A stretch of DNA of 54,915 bases, counting the filler, from Squatina squatina (Eukaryota), in the NCBI GenBank assembly GCA_031763465.1. It is 3 parts of 3 records of this genome, joined end to end, with 100 filler letters (N's around TTAATTAATTAA, not from the genome) between each part and the next. Parts side by side here need not be neighbours in the genome. Positions count along the whole stretch, not along the records: positions 1 to 16,452 come from JARFOE010000007.1; 2 more parts are not named here. One strand, 5' to 3'. The number at the start of each line of letters is the position of its first letter. The first letter of the stretch is position 1. The position numbers and the translations under genes are program-made. This document shows positions 1 through 11,944 of the stretch, piece by piece. Below the pieces are notes generated by a model. The model saw nothing but the letters and a program-made list of their open reading frames with translations, had not been told where the DNA came from and did not search any database.

Positions 1-345
1 CGTTGCTTAACCGGGAGCCAATGTAGGTCAGCGAGCACAGGGGTGATGGGTGAACAGGACTTGGTGCGAGTTAGGACACGGGCAGCCAAGTTTTGGATGA
101 CCTCAAGTTTACGTAGGGTAGAATGTGGGAGGCCAGCCAGGAGTGCGTTGGAATAGTCAAGTCTAGAGGTAACAAAGGCATTGATGAGGGTTTTAGCAGT
201 GGATGAGCTGAGGTAAGAGCGAAGACTGCCGATGTTACGTAGGGGGAAATAGGCAGTCTTAATTCGGCTGCGGATATGTGGTCGGAAGTTCATTTCAGGG
301 TCAAATATGACACCAAAGTTGCGAACAGTGTGGTTCAGCCTCGGA
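1..345 (-). mobile_element. L2-clade LINE ORF2 C-terminal fragment
   Basis: Minus strand reads ...AKTLINAFVTSRLDYSNALLAGLPHSTLRKLEVIQNLAARVLTRTKSCSPITPVLADLHWLPVKQR, containing the L2 ORF2 motifs SRLDY.N.LL.GLP and LHWLP. Confidence 0.9.
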
Positions 346-460
346 CAGTACTGCACTGAACTGTCAGCCTAGATTATGTGCTCAAGTGTTTGGGGTGGGG
401 CTTGAACCTACAATCTGCTGACTCAGATGAGAGTGCTACCACTGAGCCAAGACGGACACC
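346..460 (-). mobile_element. tRNA-derived head of a SacSINE1/Deu-type SINE (5' fragment)
   Basis: Reverse complement contains GGCTCAGTGGTAGCACTCTC...GGTTCAAGCCCCAC (A/B boxes); same family as 39805-40255. Confidence 0.75.
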
Positions 461-637
461 TCATCTAAATTGGGCAGTTTCTAGCAAGTTAATCTGAAAA
501 ATTGGAGTGATGTTTCATTTTTTGACTGTCCTGACTATTTGGCTAATAAATCTGATGTAAGAAAAACTAGTACTAGTGTTTAATGCTTTAATACTTTATT
601 ATTGCTTTTATTTATCAACTTTTTTTGTCTCTTTCAG

Positions 638-857
638 CATTGACAAGATAGCCAAGGTAGCTTCTCCTGTGCTGGTAATTCATGGCACTGAAGATGAGGT
701 GATTGATTTTTCCCATGGTCTCGCAATGTACGAGCAATGTCCAAGAGCAGTGGAGCCCCTCTGGGTCGAGGGAGCCGGGCATAATGACATTGAGCTTTAT
801 GCACAGTACCTTGAAAGGCTGAAACATTTCATAGGTCATGAGCTACCCATCTCTTGA
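638..857 (+). CDS. ABHD17C: ABHD17C-type protein depalmitoylase, last coding exon
   Basis: Polypyrimidine tract plus CAG acceptor at 636-637. Reads (S)[72 protein letters not shown] and contains the catalytic Asp (GTEDE) and His (GAGHND). SIDK, LAMYE, ELYAQ and HELP match human ABHD17C rather than A or B, as recalled. Confidence 0.93.
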
Positions 858-1727
858 AGACTGTTGTATGGATGTTTCCAAGGCAAATGTGAATGGAAGA
901 ACTGATCTGTGAAGTAATTTGCACATGGTTTAACTGGATAACCGTAGCTTTCGACAATGCAAGAAGCTAGCAACTTTCAGGCTGATTTATTTGAAACACT
1001 GAACAAAATCTCAGTCTCTTTATACCAGGGAAATTCATGTACCTTGCACATGAAATAATGTTCACCTACTGTAATTTTGAAGTAGTTTTTGATGGTTATC
1101 AACCCTTTCCATTTTGTTTCCTGCATTCCTTAAAACTGTAGTTCATTCATCGGGGTTATCGACCTTTCTTCTGGCCACACTTGTATGTCACACAGACTTT
1201 TGACTTGTTTTGCAACTAGTTCATGAACTGGGAATTTTTTTTGTATTAAGTAACATAACATGGCAGGTCATGTGATTGTGGCTTCATAGATAAAACAGCC
1301 CTTCATTGAAGGATTGATGAACCAAACATGATGAATGTGACCTGAATGTTTATCACATTCTTGATATTTCTGACATTGCCTCAAAAAGTACTGTATTTGT
1401 AAAACTCAGTGAATTTGGAATAAAATTTCCACTTCTTTGCTAATGAACACAAGTTCTTTTGAATGGTCTTAATGTTCCAATATTTGTGGAGGTTTTTTCC
1501 ATATTAAAGATGTGAAACAATACCTCAAGTACTTCCCTAATGGTGCAAAACATGACATGTAGCCGAATACTTTTTTTCACAAATGTGTAAATTTATGAAC
1601 TATTTTGACTTTTAAAATTTTGCTGTGTATTCTCTTTCAGAATAGGTAATAACTTTTCAATCGCAATCCCCACTGAAGTTCATATTCCTGAAATAACTGT
1701 TGTGTCTTCATAAATTGCAATGTTTGT
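858..1727 (+). other. ABHD17C 3'UTR; candidate polyA signals AATAAA 1419-1424 and ATTAAA 1503-1508
   Basis: AT/U-rich, non-repetitive sequence directly after the stop codon; the true end is unknown because a gap starts at 1728. Confidence 0.6.
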
Positions 1728-2940
1728 NNNNNNNNNNNNNNNNNNNNNNNNNNNNNNNNNNNNNNNNNNNNNNNNNNNNNNNNNNNNNNNNNNNNNNNNN
1801 NNNNNNNNNNNNNNNNNNNNNNNNNNNAAATAATAGTTGAATAGATCAAAAGAGGCAGGGAAATAATGTAGTGACATGTGCCAAATGTTACTCGAGCTTA
1901 CACTACTACAGATCTTTCTGTGCAGGACATGTTTATCAGACACCAATTTGTCAAAGATTGGCAAGGTTATACAGTAAAACCTAAAGGTGTGAATCAGTTA
2001 TACTGCTCTTGTGGAAATACAGCTATCCTGCACTGAATTAGAGAATTGAAGCTAACAATAACTCTGGGTAGACACAAAAGTTATTAGACATACCTTTGGT
2101 GACCTCAGTGTCTAACTGAGGAGTTAGATTCATTTACAACTGTCATAGTAAATATCATCCTATGTTTTCAGGCAAGGCAGAAGATGATGCTTTGTTGATA
2201 TGTTATATCATATGCACTAAAACAGTGTCCATTCAAAAATTTGCTGGAACACTGGAACGATTAGGTCTGAAGAGGTCTACACAAAGTGAATAGCCCAACA
2301 AATAAAATAAAATCTGAAATTACTCTTAATTTATATGGAGTGACTGGCAGAATAATCTACACCATCTCAATAGACTGTTTCAAAGAAACACATTGATTCA
2401 TGAGTAGAATTGATCTAGCTTTTTATGGTGCTAAATATATATTTTACCATTTAATTTCATAAATTTACACATCTGTATTTTATATGGGAACAGATGTAAT
2501 TTGCTAACTTTAGTTGGAACAACCAGTAATTTGAGGTTATGATTTTGACACTGGAATCATATTGACACATGTATAAAGAATGCAAGACATGGGAATAACA
2601 CTACTAGACAAACAAATCAAAGCCTTAAATGTACTGTAAGCCTCCGATTGCTGTATATTTGATTTCAGTAGTTAATTGTTGTAAGTTGCACACAAGCAAC
2701 ATATAGTTGCAATGGAATGAAGGATGCATGGAATTTAGGATGAGACTTTTAAATTAGCAGAACTGTTTGTATACAGTAAAACACAAGAAACAATCACACA
2801 GTGTGTGCACNNNNNNNNNNNNNNNNNNNNNNNNNNNNNNNNNNNNNNNNNNNNNNNNNNNNNNNNNNNNNNNNNNNNNNNNNNNNNNNNNNNNNNNNNN
2901 NNNNNNNNNNCCCAAACTGGCAAGTAGGAAGTGCATATAT

Positions 2941-3235
2941 TGGCTAAGCTCAATGGTAGCATCCTTGCCTGTGAGTCTGAAGGTTGAAGATCTAAACCCT
3001 ACTCCAGGGACTTGACACTCCAGTGCTGCACTGTTGGATGTGTCATCTTTTAGATGGCCGAGGGCCCCATCAGCTCTCTCAAATGAACGTAACTCCTAAA
3101 TCAGATTATCTGGTTATTATATTGTGGAACCTACAAAACAACAGTGACTACAGTTCAAAAGTACTTCATTGCCTTTAAGCACTTTTGAATGTCCTGAGTT
3201 CATGAAAGGTGCTATATAAATGCAAGTCTTTCTAT
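2941..3235 (+). mobile_element. SacSINE1/Deu-type SINE, internally deleted and degenerate
   Basis: tRNA-like head (GCTCAATGGTAGC...), core ACAGTGACTACAGTTCAAAAGTACTTCATT and tail GGTGCTATATAAATGCAAGTCTTTCT. Confidence 0.8.
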
Positions 3236-3340
3236 CTCACTCTTTACAGTATGCAGTAATAGGTAGCTGGGAGTGACCAGTCTTACAATCCATGTATTTT
3301 ATTGAAAGATACTGACCACTTGATTTTTTTTTGCCCACAG

Positions 3341-3823
3341 ATTGTGACCAAAATATTGAAACATCTCCTGGGAATGTGTCACACTTGCCCTGTGATCGCA
3401 CGGCCAATTTGTCTAACATTCACCCACTTTACAAACGATTAACACGGAGTATAAGCCCCGGAAAATGGAAAGAGGAAACCAGTTTGTTGGCTATCTACCA
3501 CAGCATGAAGGAAGTGAAAGATATATTACTCCCTTGCGACTCTCTTGTTAAAATAACCCATTACGTACTGAGAAAAGCTTCAGGGAAAACATTGCCACTG
3601 GATTTATTCCCACTTGAAACCTGTGATCAGAAGCTGAGTAACCGGATTGGCAAAGTTAATCCACTCGATCTTGTTAAGGTTAAGATAAAGCCACAGTTAC
3701 TTTACCAAGTCTTGCTCTTCCTGAAAAGTTTGGATTTGTTGGTAGACATACATCAAGCAAAATCGTTCTCCATTGTGAAGAAACTATTGGTTAATAAGCA
3801 ACAGATGATATTGGGAAAGACAG
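3341..3823 (+). CDS. Candidate 483-nt symmetric phase-1 coding exon of unknown identity, possibly an N-terminal stalk of the CEMIP2-like gene
   Basis: Acceptor TTTTTTTTTGCCCACAG and donor CAG|GTAAAA bound 161 open codons in an AT-rich contig. It lies between the ABHD17C end and the first recognisable CEMIP2-like exon, on the same strand. No family recognised. Confidence 0.5.
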
Positions 3824-4519
3824 GTAAAAATCATAATAAGCATGGTATGTATTTATTTATGATATTTCTTTCATTCAAAGTAAATTTATGAGTATTTTAA
3901 ATTCATAAACATATTTGATCTCTGTCCATAAATATTAATCCCAGTTGGGAAACCACTGAATATGGAACATCTCAAAGTCTAGGAAAGATGCCAGAGAGAG
4001 TAAAACTGAAGCAAAATCATAACATGTTGGGCATGCATTCCAATCTGTTAATTCAACNNNNNNNNNNAACATTTTTCCATCTGCTTTAAAAAAAAAATGA
4101 AATTTGATTTATCGAGTAATTTGAATTAAGCAACTGGAATAAAATGGCGCTGGAGAGGTTTCCTGTACATTTCGAATTCAAATCATTTAGGACTATGAAT
4201 TAAGTGACTTTGAACTAACAGGATGTAGACTGCACACAGCAACTTAACTGCTCACCAAACCGACTTGGCATGTCACTCAGTTGTATCATAACTGCTACAA
4301 TTGCAGCGGTTCAAAAAGGTCACATTGTAAGGGCAACTGGGGAAGGGTAATAAATGCTGCATTGCTGGCGACACCCACATCCCGAGAATACAGTTCCGAC
4401 CGTGCGGATCATTAAACTGTCTTTCCGCCTGACTGACTCACTGTATTTCCAGAATTTTCTGTGTTTGTTTCAGATTCCCAGCATTTGCGTTTTTTTTTCT
4501 TTTAAAAAGTACAATGAGT

Positions 4520-4905
4520 GGGCAGAGTTTCCTGGGGTCTCAGCGGGCGGGATCGGTGGCGGGTCGGGTGAGAAAGTGTTTTTTTGTCCCCATCGGGTCG
4601 GGACTCTGCTGTGAACCTGCCGCCACGCGCCTTTCCCAATGTTGAGTCTGTCAGCGCTGAGCAGACCCAACATGCAGCAACAGGGGACCCCATTAAGCTC
4701 ATTATGATCTTCTTTAGACATCATTAAGAATACATTTTAGCTTACCGTTTGACTTTATGTGCTCACCCATGGGGTACTTGCTGCTCGGGGATTACGACTG
4801 TTAAGCTGAGGCGGGAGATGAATGGCCATTGAATTAGCTGATTCCTTGACAGCTGGAAATGTGCTGTAAAAGCTTCCACCTCACAGCTCTTCATTTTCCA
4901 AGCTC
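4520..4905. mobile_element. CpG-rich non-autonomous DNA transposon (MITE-like) fragment
   Basis: Abrupt GC/CpG-rich block starting GGGCAGAGTTTCC in an AT-rich context; cut by a gap. Confidence 0.4.
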
Positions 4906-5025
4906 NNNNNNNNNNNNNNNNNNNNNNNNNNNNNNNNNNNNNNNNNNNNNNNNNNNNNNNNNNNNNNNNNNNNNNNNNNNNNNNNNNNNNNNNNNNNNNN
5001 NNNNNCTGCATAAATGTTTTAACAG

Positions 5026-5214
5026 GTGTGCCTCACTGTGGCTTTCGTGTAGATGTGTCCAGGGGAGTAATTCTTAATTTAATGGATGCCGCCACAAGCT
5101 GGTTACCTGGTAACCAAATAGTCATTGCGAGTACTGATTATTCTATGTATCAGACCGAAGAGTTCAATCTCCTTCCCTGCCCTGAATGCAAAGCTAACCA
5201 GGTTAAAATCGATG
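5026..5214 (+). CDS. CEMIP2/TMEM2-like exon
   Basis: AG|(G)VPHCGFRVDVSRGVILNLMDAATSWLPGNQIVIASTDYSMYQTEEFNLLPCPECKANQVKID(G)|GTGAGA; matches CEMIP2 GFRVEV...SWKPGDQIVVASTDYSMYQAEEFTLLPC. Confidence 0.92.
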
Positions 5215-5786
5215 GTGAGAAATATTAATCTACAATATTTTGTGTTCCTCTTTTTGAAAATGTCTGATATTCCAGGCATGCTTTGCATCAGCATATTGGA
5301 ACTTCTTTATACAATTTAAATCTATATTGCATGATATGTTATTTAAGTTAAAACCTAAAATGCAATCCATTCCCTGCCTTTGTTAACTTTACCAAGAAAA
5401 AATAGAGTTGAGTAAAGTTTTAAAAAAAAAAGACTGGAACATGAAGTGTAGCAAACACTGGACTATTTATATTTCATGTCGTCTCGTTTTGCCCAGACAA
5501 TTTGCACCCCTTTAACTCTGGGTGGGGAGGGAAGGTGTTTCTTCTTCCCTTCTTGAGGTCAGACTAGAGTTAGTGACCTTGACGAATGGGAACATTTTGA
5601 AACGCCGTCACAGAAGTGAACTGTAAGTGAAGTGTTTTTCTCTGTAGGTAGTGGGTATATNNNNNNNNNNNNNNNNNNNNNNNNNNNNNNNNNNNNNNNN
5701 NNNNNNNNNNNNNNNNNNNNNNNNNNNNNNNNNNNNNNNNNNNNNNNNNNNNNNNNNNNNTCAGTTTAATCTCATTTATTCTGTAG

Positions 5787-5992
5787 GTAAGGGACTCTAT
5801 AGGCTACGACACGCTAGGCCACTGTTTCTTCCTGGAGGATGGCGTGGAGCAGAGGAACATACTGTACCATAACCTGGGCCTACTGACCAAGGCGGGCACC
5901 ATCCTCCCTTCTGACCGGAATGAAATAATGTGCATTTCAATCCGCGATCAAGTTTACGGAAATTATATTCCCGTACCAAGTACCGACTGCAT
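5787..5992 (+). CDS. CEMIP2/TMEM2-like exon (PbH1 repeat region)
   Basis: TAG|VRDSIGYDTLGHCFFLEDGVEQRNILYHNLGLLTKAGTILPSDRNEIMCISIRDQVYGNYIPVPSTDC(M)|GTAAGT; CEMIP2-type (DTLGHCFFLEDG, GNYIPVP.TDCM). Absent from the ORF track in this frame. Confidence 0.95.
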
Positions 5993-7142
5993 GTAAGTTA
6001 AATGCTACAACATGGAGTTTCCTCCGTGGCTGCGAACGAGGTTAGACCTGAAAATATGATCAGTGTGCCAACGTCAAGTGATGCTCAAATTTCCTGCCGA
6101 TCTCATTAGAATGTGCCTGAATGTAAAATAGGGGTAAATCAGGGTAAACAATCGGGACCTAAGGAAAGCGACAAACTCGCACCATATAGTCCCCTTCTTT
6201 AAGTATGAAAATTAATGTTTGAACTCATTCAACCAACATTCCTGGACATCAGGCACAGCATGTTTAGGAAGCTGCAGTCGGGGAAGCTTTTCAATTTTTA
6301 ATGTGACCTGTACTGATGCCGTAAAAATGCATTCAGAGAAACAGAAAATACAGAGCAGGTCTCGGTGAGGCTAAATTAAAAAGAAAACACTCAAAAGAAA
6401 TTGCAATAAATCACCAGGAAAAAAAAAAATACTGCTTCCTGCTGCGCCTGAAAATCTGTTCGTAATTTGAAGAGAGCCTCTGAAATGCGATTGCAAGAAA
6501 CTCATGAGGCTCTAACCTGGGAGAGGGGTGCGTTTTATGGGCGGAGATTAGTTTGTGTGGGGTTGGCCGTAACTGATTGGAGATTTGGGCGTAATGTACC
6601 TGTGCGCATAACTTGGACCCAAATTCCGTGATCTTTTAGGCTGTGTAATTGAGTCGCACTCTAGTTACACAAGTTTCTAGGTGCAAATGCGGAGGAAATT
6701 CAAGGCCTATTTTCCTTCAAAAATCCCTAACTAAGCTCATGATTACACNNNNNNNNNNNNNNNNNNNNNNNNNNNNNNNNNNNNNNNNNNNNNNNNNNNN
6801 NNNNNNNNNNNNNNNNNNNNNNNNNNNNNNNNNNNNNNNNNNNNNNNNATACTGTGACCAGAAACACGTTTTTAAAATTTGCATTTGTTTATGTGCTTTA
6901 TTTATGAGTCTCAATATTTTTCCGACTTGTGTCCAGCTGATAACGGATGATTAATGATTCACGAGTGCCTAAAGCTGTCATACCTAGCCTTCTGTCCCTG
7001 CTGAGTCTTGGTTTCTGATGTTTATTAAGTGCTTACAGCCTGAGTTCCGGCCTTTGTTGATGGTAGGAGCATCTGTTTCCAAGACGGGATTTCTCGTATG
7101 GCCACGACAGGACCAACCATCTGTTTTGTGTCTTTGACATAG

Positions 7143-7274
7143 GTTTCGCCCACATGAGAATGCTGACCCAAGAAAGCCAAGGGTTCCTGCCATTATTGAT
7201 GGTCTTGTAAGCTTTAAAAATAATGACCACGGAGCTTGGGCGAGAGGAGGAGACATTATATTCCGCAACTCAGG
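7143..7274 (+). CDS. CEMIP2/TMEM2-like exon
   Basis: TAG|(R)FRPHENADPRKPRVPAIIDGLVSFKNNDHGAWARGGDIIFRNS(G)|GTATGT; matches RFRPHQDANPEKPRV...FKNNDNGAWVRGGDII. Confidence 0.95.
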
Positions 7275-7835
7275 GTATGTTCTGTCAAATGCTGGAAAGT
7301 GTGTTTCTAAGCACTAACACATTATTGGAATGACATCATACCATACAGCATGTCAACAGTCAGACAAGTGGTCTGGCATGTTCAGCTTTGCTGGAACTAT
7401 GTACATTACTAAGATCCGGTTGGGCTGCAAATGCGGTGTTACTAATTGTGATACTCAGACCTGACAAATAAATCACATATCTTAGCAATATGGTCAGCGA
7501 AATAAAGCTTCAACCAAATCTTTTTTTCTCATTTGATCATTAAGCCTTTGAGGATTCTAGTAGCTTATAACAAGTTTGGAACACTTGAATTTTATTCAGA
7601 GAACCCTGTAAATTACCTTCATGGCACAATAGCCTGTAAATTACAATGAGCAAAGTTTAACACTGTCTATTCAAAGTCCTCTTTAAATCGGTAAACTCCT
7701 ATGTTAGAATAACAGAGAGGGGGATTTGGTATAAACTCAGTAAGCATTAATCTGATAACATCACTCATACTAATTTATTGACTGCTTCGGCTAATATTTA
7801 CTGTTTAAAATGAAGTAGAACCTGATAACACATAT

Positions 7836-7945
7836 AGAATCATAGAATAGTACAGCACAGAAGGAGGCCATTCGGCCCATCTAGTCCTTGCCGGCTTGTT
7901 CGATGAGCAATCCAATTAGTCCCACTCTCCTGCTCTTTCCCCATA
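7836..7945 (-). mobile_element. CR1 LINE 3' end
   Basis: Minus strand reads ...GLDGPNGLLLC, the typical GGGCCGAATGGCCTCCTTCTGTGCTGT CR1 tail with short terminal repeats. Another such tail lies on the + strand at 8982-9040. Confidence 0.75.
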
Positions 7946-8657
7946 TCCCTGCAATTTCTTTTCTCNNNNNNNNNNNNNNNNNNNNNNNNNNNNNNNNNNN
8001 NNNNNNNNNNNNNNNNNNNNNNNNNNNNNNNNNNNNNNNNNNNNNNNNNNNNNNNNNNNNNNNNNGATAGACCTGGGGTGGGGGCGGTGGAGATGGGTGA
8101 GCAGAGCGGGCTGGAGTATTTTTGTGACACCGGGTGGACGACTCTTCCATTTCCTGACCTCAAAAATGGAAAAAGAAAAACCTTGGCTGTGTTTGGAGCG
8201 ACCCTCCGGTTAGGCTTCTACACACCAGGGAACGATGTGCAGTAAGTGCTGGGCACCAACTCTGCCAATTGGTCCATGAAAATCATGTTGACCCTTAAAT
8301 GTTTAAATTCTGCCTGTTTGAGGTGCGAGTGCTGGGATTCTATTTCGAGGCCTGCTCAAAGGTTGTATCGGGTGGGCCTCTCCTGAGGTGCAGATGCAAT
8401 GCAAGTCTCTCCAATTTTCGTGCTGGCTATTACAAACCTGGTCAATATTCTGAAACTTCCTCCCCTAATACTGCTGTGGAAGCACCGTCACCACAAGGGC
8501 TGCAGTGCTTCAAGGAGGAGCCTCCCGACAAGCTTCTTGGGGCAACTCGGAAAGAACAGTAAATGTGTTCTTGCTGGTGTCTCCCACATCTCCAGAACAA
8601 ATTTAAAACCCCCGCTGTCTCCAAAAATCATAAAATGCTATTTCTTTTTTTTTCCAG

Positions 8658-8866
8658 CTCTATGTTCAAGCCTGGCGGCCGGAGAATCTGTCTCTGCTGA
8701 TCACGAAGGACTCGTACCCGAACCACCCTCTGAAGCTGCAGGGTGTAAATCGTAGGGCGTCCTATCAACAGTACCAGCCTGTCGTCATGCTGGAACAAGC
8801 CTACACACTACGGTGGAACGGCAGGACGCCTGAACAAATTGTCCTCTACCCGATCAATTTTAACAG
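8658..8866 (+). CDS. CEMIP2/TMEM2-like exon
   Basis: TTTCCAG|LYVQAWRPENLSLLITKDSYPNHPLKLQGVNRRASYQQYQPVVMLEQAYTLRWNGRTPEQIVLYPINFN(R)|GTAACT; matches VYVQTW...QYQPVVMLEKGYTIHWNG...NFNK. Confidence 0.94.
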
Positions 8867-11705
8867 GTAACTTATTGAGACNNNNNNNNNNNNNNNNNNN
8901 NNNNNNNNNNNNNNNNNNNNNNNNNNNNNNNNNNNNNNNNNNNNNNNNNNNNNNNNNNNNNNNNNNNNNNNNNNNNNNNNNGAGCAGGCTCGAAGGGCCG
9001 AATGGCCTACTCCTGCTCCTATTTTCTATGTTTCTATGTTCCTCAGATGGCAGACAACGGGTATATTTTCCAATTATCACCACTGGTAGTAAAATTTCAG
9101 AAGTTAGATGAGCCTTTAGAACAGTGATAACCAAGTGGACACCATGCATCATTCATCATATTGGTTAATGGTGTGTTAAGCTAGCTTTTTGTGGTCACCT
9201 TTCCAAAAGGTCGCATAGCGGCAGATTCAGCTTTAAGTGACAGTAATGAAGTGTTTCCCTGTGGCATTATGGACAGGAAGAGTTGTTTGTTGAGGGCTAA
9301 GTATGTGCCCTCAGTCAAGGTGGAAAAGGGTGAGAGGAAACTTGATATATTGCAATGCTGACTACCCTTACTTTGGAAGATGTCTTGAGGCTGTTAAAAG
9401 GGTAACGTTACAGATTCCCAATGCTGGCACACAGCTTCCTTTCCAGGACTGCTTATGGGAATTTTGATGCACCCCTTTCCTACTCAGTTTTCCATCCACT
9501 ATAATGAATGCCTGTAAAATCATAGAAGGGTATGCCGGAATTCCCAATTTGTAATCCTGGTGGACAAAGTGTCTGCAAGTCTTGCAAAAAGAACAACTGA
9601 GCTCACTCATTATTTTTAATCGAATTCCAATGGGAAACTATGAGTCATGGAGATGTAATGCTGATCTTTTCCAGAGTGCTATTAGCATGTGCTAACACAG
9701 CCACTTGCATGTTGGTGTGAAGCTGAAGTCACTGCATATCAATGTTCAACTGGCAATGTAAATTTGGAGTCAGGGCTCAACTGGAGTGAAGCGGAGTGAG
9801 ACTCCATCTTCTAGGTTGGGCCCTGCCCCTGGACTTGGGCTGCAGTTACACAATAAGTGGAACACCACCACTCCTCACCAATACTTGGGTTGTAGAGGAG
9901 ATGTACTTCATTTTCACTCTTCATACCAAACGACATTGTTTGCAGCTTTGTTTGAGTTTTTGTCTCAATTATAAATGTCAACGATTGGAAGTATTTAAGT
10001 TGACTTGTGGTTAAAGGATTTCATCAATTATTTTCAGATAGTGACGACTAGAAATCAAACTAAAGAGGAAGGCAACACTATGGCAATGCAGGACCCTGGA
10101 GTGGTTCTATAGAAAACAGTGAGGCTGGGCTAGGTTACCATCTAGTAACTTGTTGTTGCAGCAAGTCTTCTGGGAGGGCAGAACAGTATTTCCAGTTCTT
10201 GCAGAAAAAGGGATTAGATAATTGTTTGACAGTGACTAATATTAAAAGGTATGGAGAGCGAGCAGGAGGCTGGGAATAGATTAGGTGGTTTTAAGTAGAG
10301 CAAAACACATGATGGGCCAAATAGCTTGATGCTGTGCTGTAACATTCTGTGATTCAATAATTTTTTTTGGCAATCAGATCAACACGCAGCACTCCCAGTT
10401 CTGATGCAGCTCAATTTAGCTCCAGGGTAAAGTCTGTTTACTCTGAGCTAACAATGTGCCTTCACAATAACCTCAAGCCCACTTCCCTCCTGCTGCTTGT
10501 AACATTTCCATTTTCCACAGCAGCCATCCTTGTGGCTGTTAATTCAGTCCCCATTATTGCTGAATTATAGGCAATTTAGGTGCTGTGCAATCATCATACC
10601 CTCTAGGAACTGTGATGAGATAGACTAAAATAATTTAGATTAGTACCTTACTGCTGTAAGAAAAGCTACTTTCATTCTGACAGTCTCCAGCCGGTTTGAG
10701 CACAGATCCCAGAGGTAACCAGGCAATTCGCACTCGTTATGTCACTAAATCTCCATTGTCGTTATCTACCAAATAAGATTAGGCTTCAGAAGGAGAGAAG
10801 TGAAATGCCCATTCGTGACTAGGCAGCAAAGTATTGGCTTGAAAGATGTGTAAACGTTCTTGTATTTGCAGAGCGGATGTCTGATCTCCATCAGCTGCCT
10901 CGTAGTAGTTTCTGATTTTAATTTTGATCAGCAGTTTTCCGGTAGCCAGTGATATAGTCAACCAGCATGGAGAGAGAAAGAAGGTGATCACTAAAGGCAA
11001 GCAGTACTTGTTGGGACATGAGTTGGCAGCAAGCCAGCAGTCACTAGGGAAAATTGAAGGATGAGAGGAAATATTTTGCTCTGGTCTGGTCTCGTGTACT
11101 CTGGAGCCGCTGGCCTTTTTCTAGTCTTAGAGACCCATCGTTTTTCTGTGCTACTAATTACATTATTGTACTTGCATAATTATTTCAGCATTTGACTTTC
11201 TGGGCAGTTCAGTAAACAGAGAAGGGGGATCTCTGATAGAAGTCTGATTTCTTAAACATCTTGAGTATATGCTTGATGCGCCAGAAGTATCTGAAAGTGG
11301 GTGTATTTCGTGTGTCTTTCACCAAATGGAGCATGGACATTCACAAATCATTCTTGTCATTTATAACCACAGTGTATGTGTGTGGAATGTACCTTCCTGT
11401 CTGTACGGAATGCAGACACCGCCTGGCAGATAAAAGTGGCAAAGCTTTCATTTATTGTGCTCCTCCAAATATTTATACATGAGAGCTGAGACATTTCTGT
11501 AGACTTTGGAAGTGCTAGCGTATAACCCCTGCAAGCAAATTTGAGTGCTCCATTTATTATTTAAAACCTTAAGGGCTGGAAATTCATCTCCTGTTGCGCA
11601 CCGTTNNNNNNNNNNNNNNNNNNNNNNNNNNNNNNNNNNNNNNNNNNNNNNNNNNNNNNNNNNNNNNNNNNNNNNNNNNNNNNNNNNNNNNNNNNNNNNN
11701 NNNNN

Positions 11706-11853
11706 GGTGAAGATCTCGGCGCACATCATCACCTGGGAAACCAGCGACTGCTGGCAGTAGGGCTACTCGATGAAACACACAAGCGTGCCGGCCCGTCTCT
11801 TGACTCTCACTGGGCGTGTAACTGCTCCTTGCAGTCAGTGTGGTGCCCCACAG
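11706..11853 (+). pseudogene. CEMIP2-like exon (3' part; 5' end in gap) with in-frame TAG at 11758-11760
   Basis: Reads VKISAHIITWETSDCWQ*GYSMKHTSVPARLLTLTGRVTAPCSQCGAPQ|GTATGC, aligning with CEMIP2 RVKIQAAT...SNCMAKAY...CQGCGTRQ. The frame is kept across the stop up to a phase-0 donor. Confidence 0.8.
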
Positions 11854-11944
11854 GTATGCTGTCCACACTGAGTGGCACTTATCATGAAACACAGTGGGGG
11901 CGGGGGGGAGTGTATGTTTTTCCTGTGCCTGTGTCTGGGGTGCC

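Noticed and set aside
2172-2293. TTTTCAG|GCAAGGCAGAAGATGAT reads GKAEDD, resembling CEMIP2 GKSDEG
   Set aside because: The similarity ends after a few residues and the frame closes without the expected FGKKFIGV motif.
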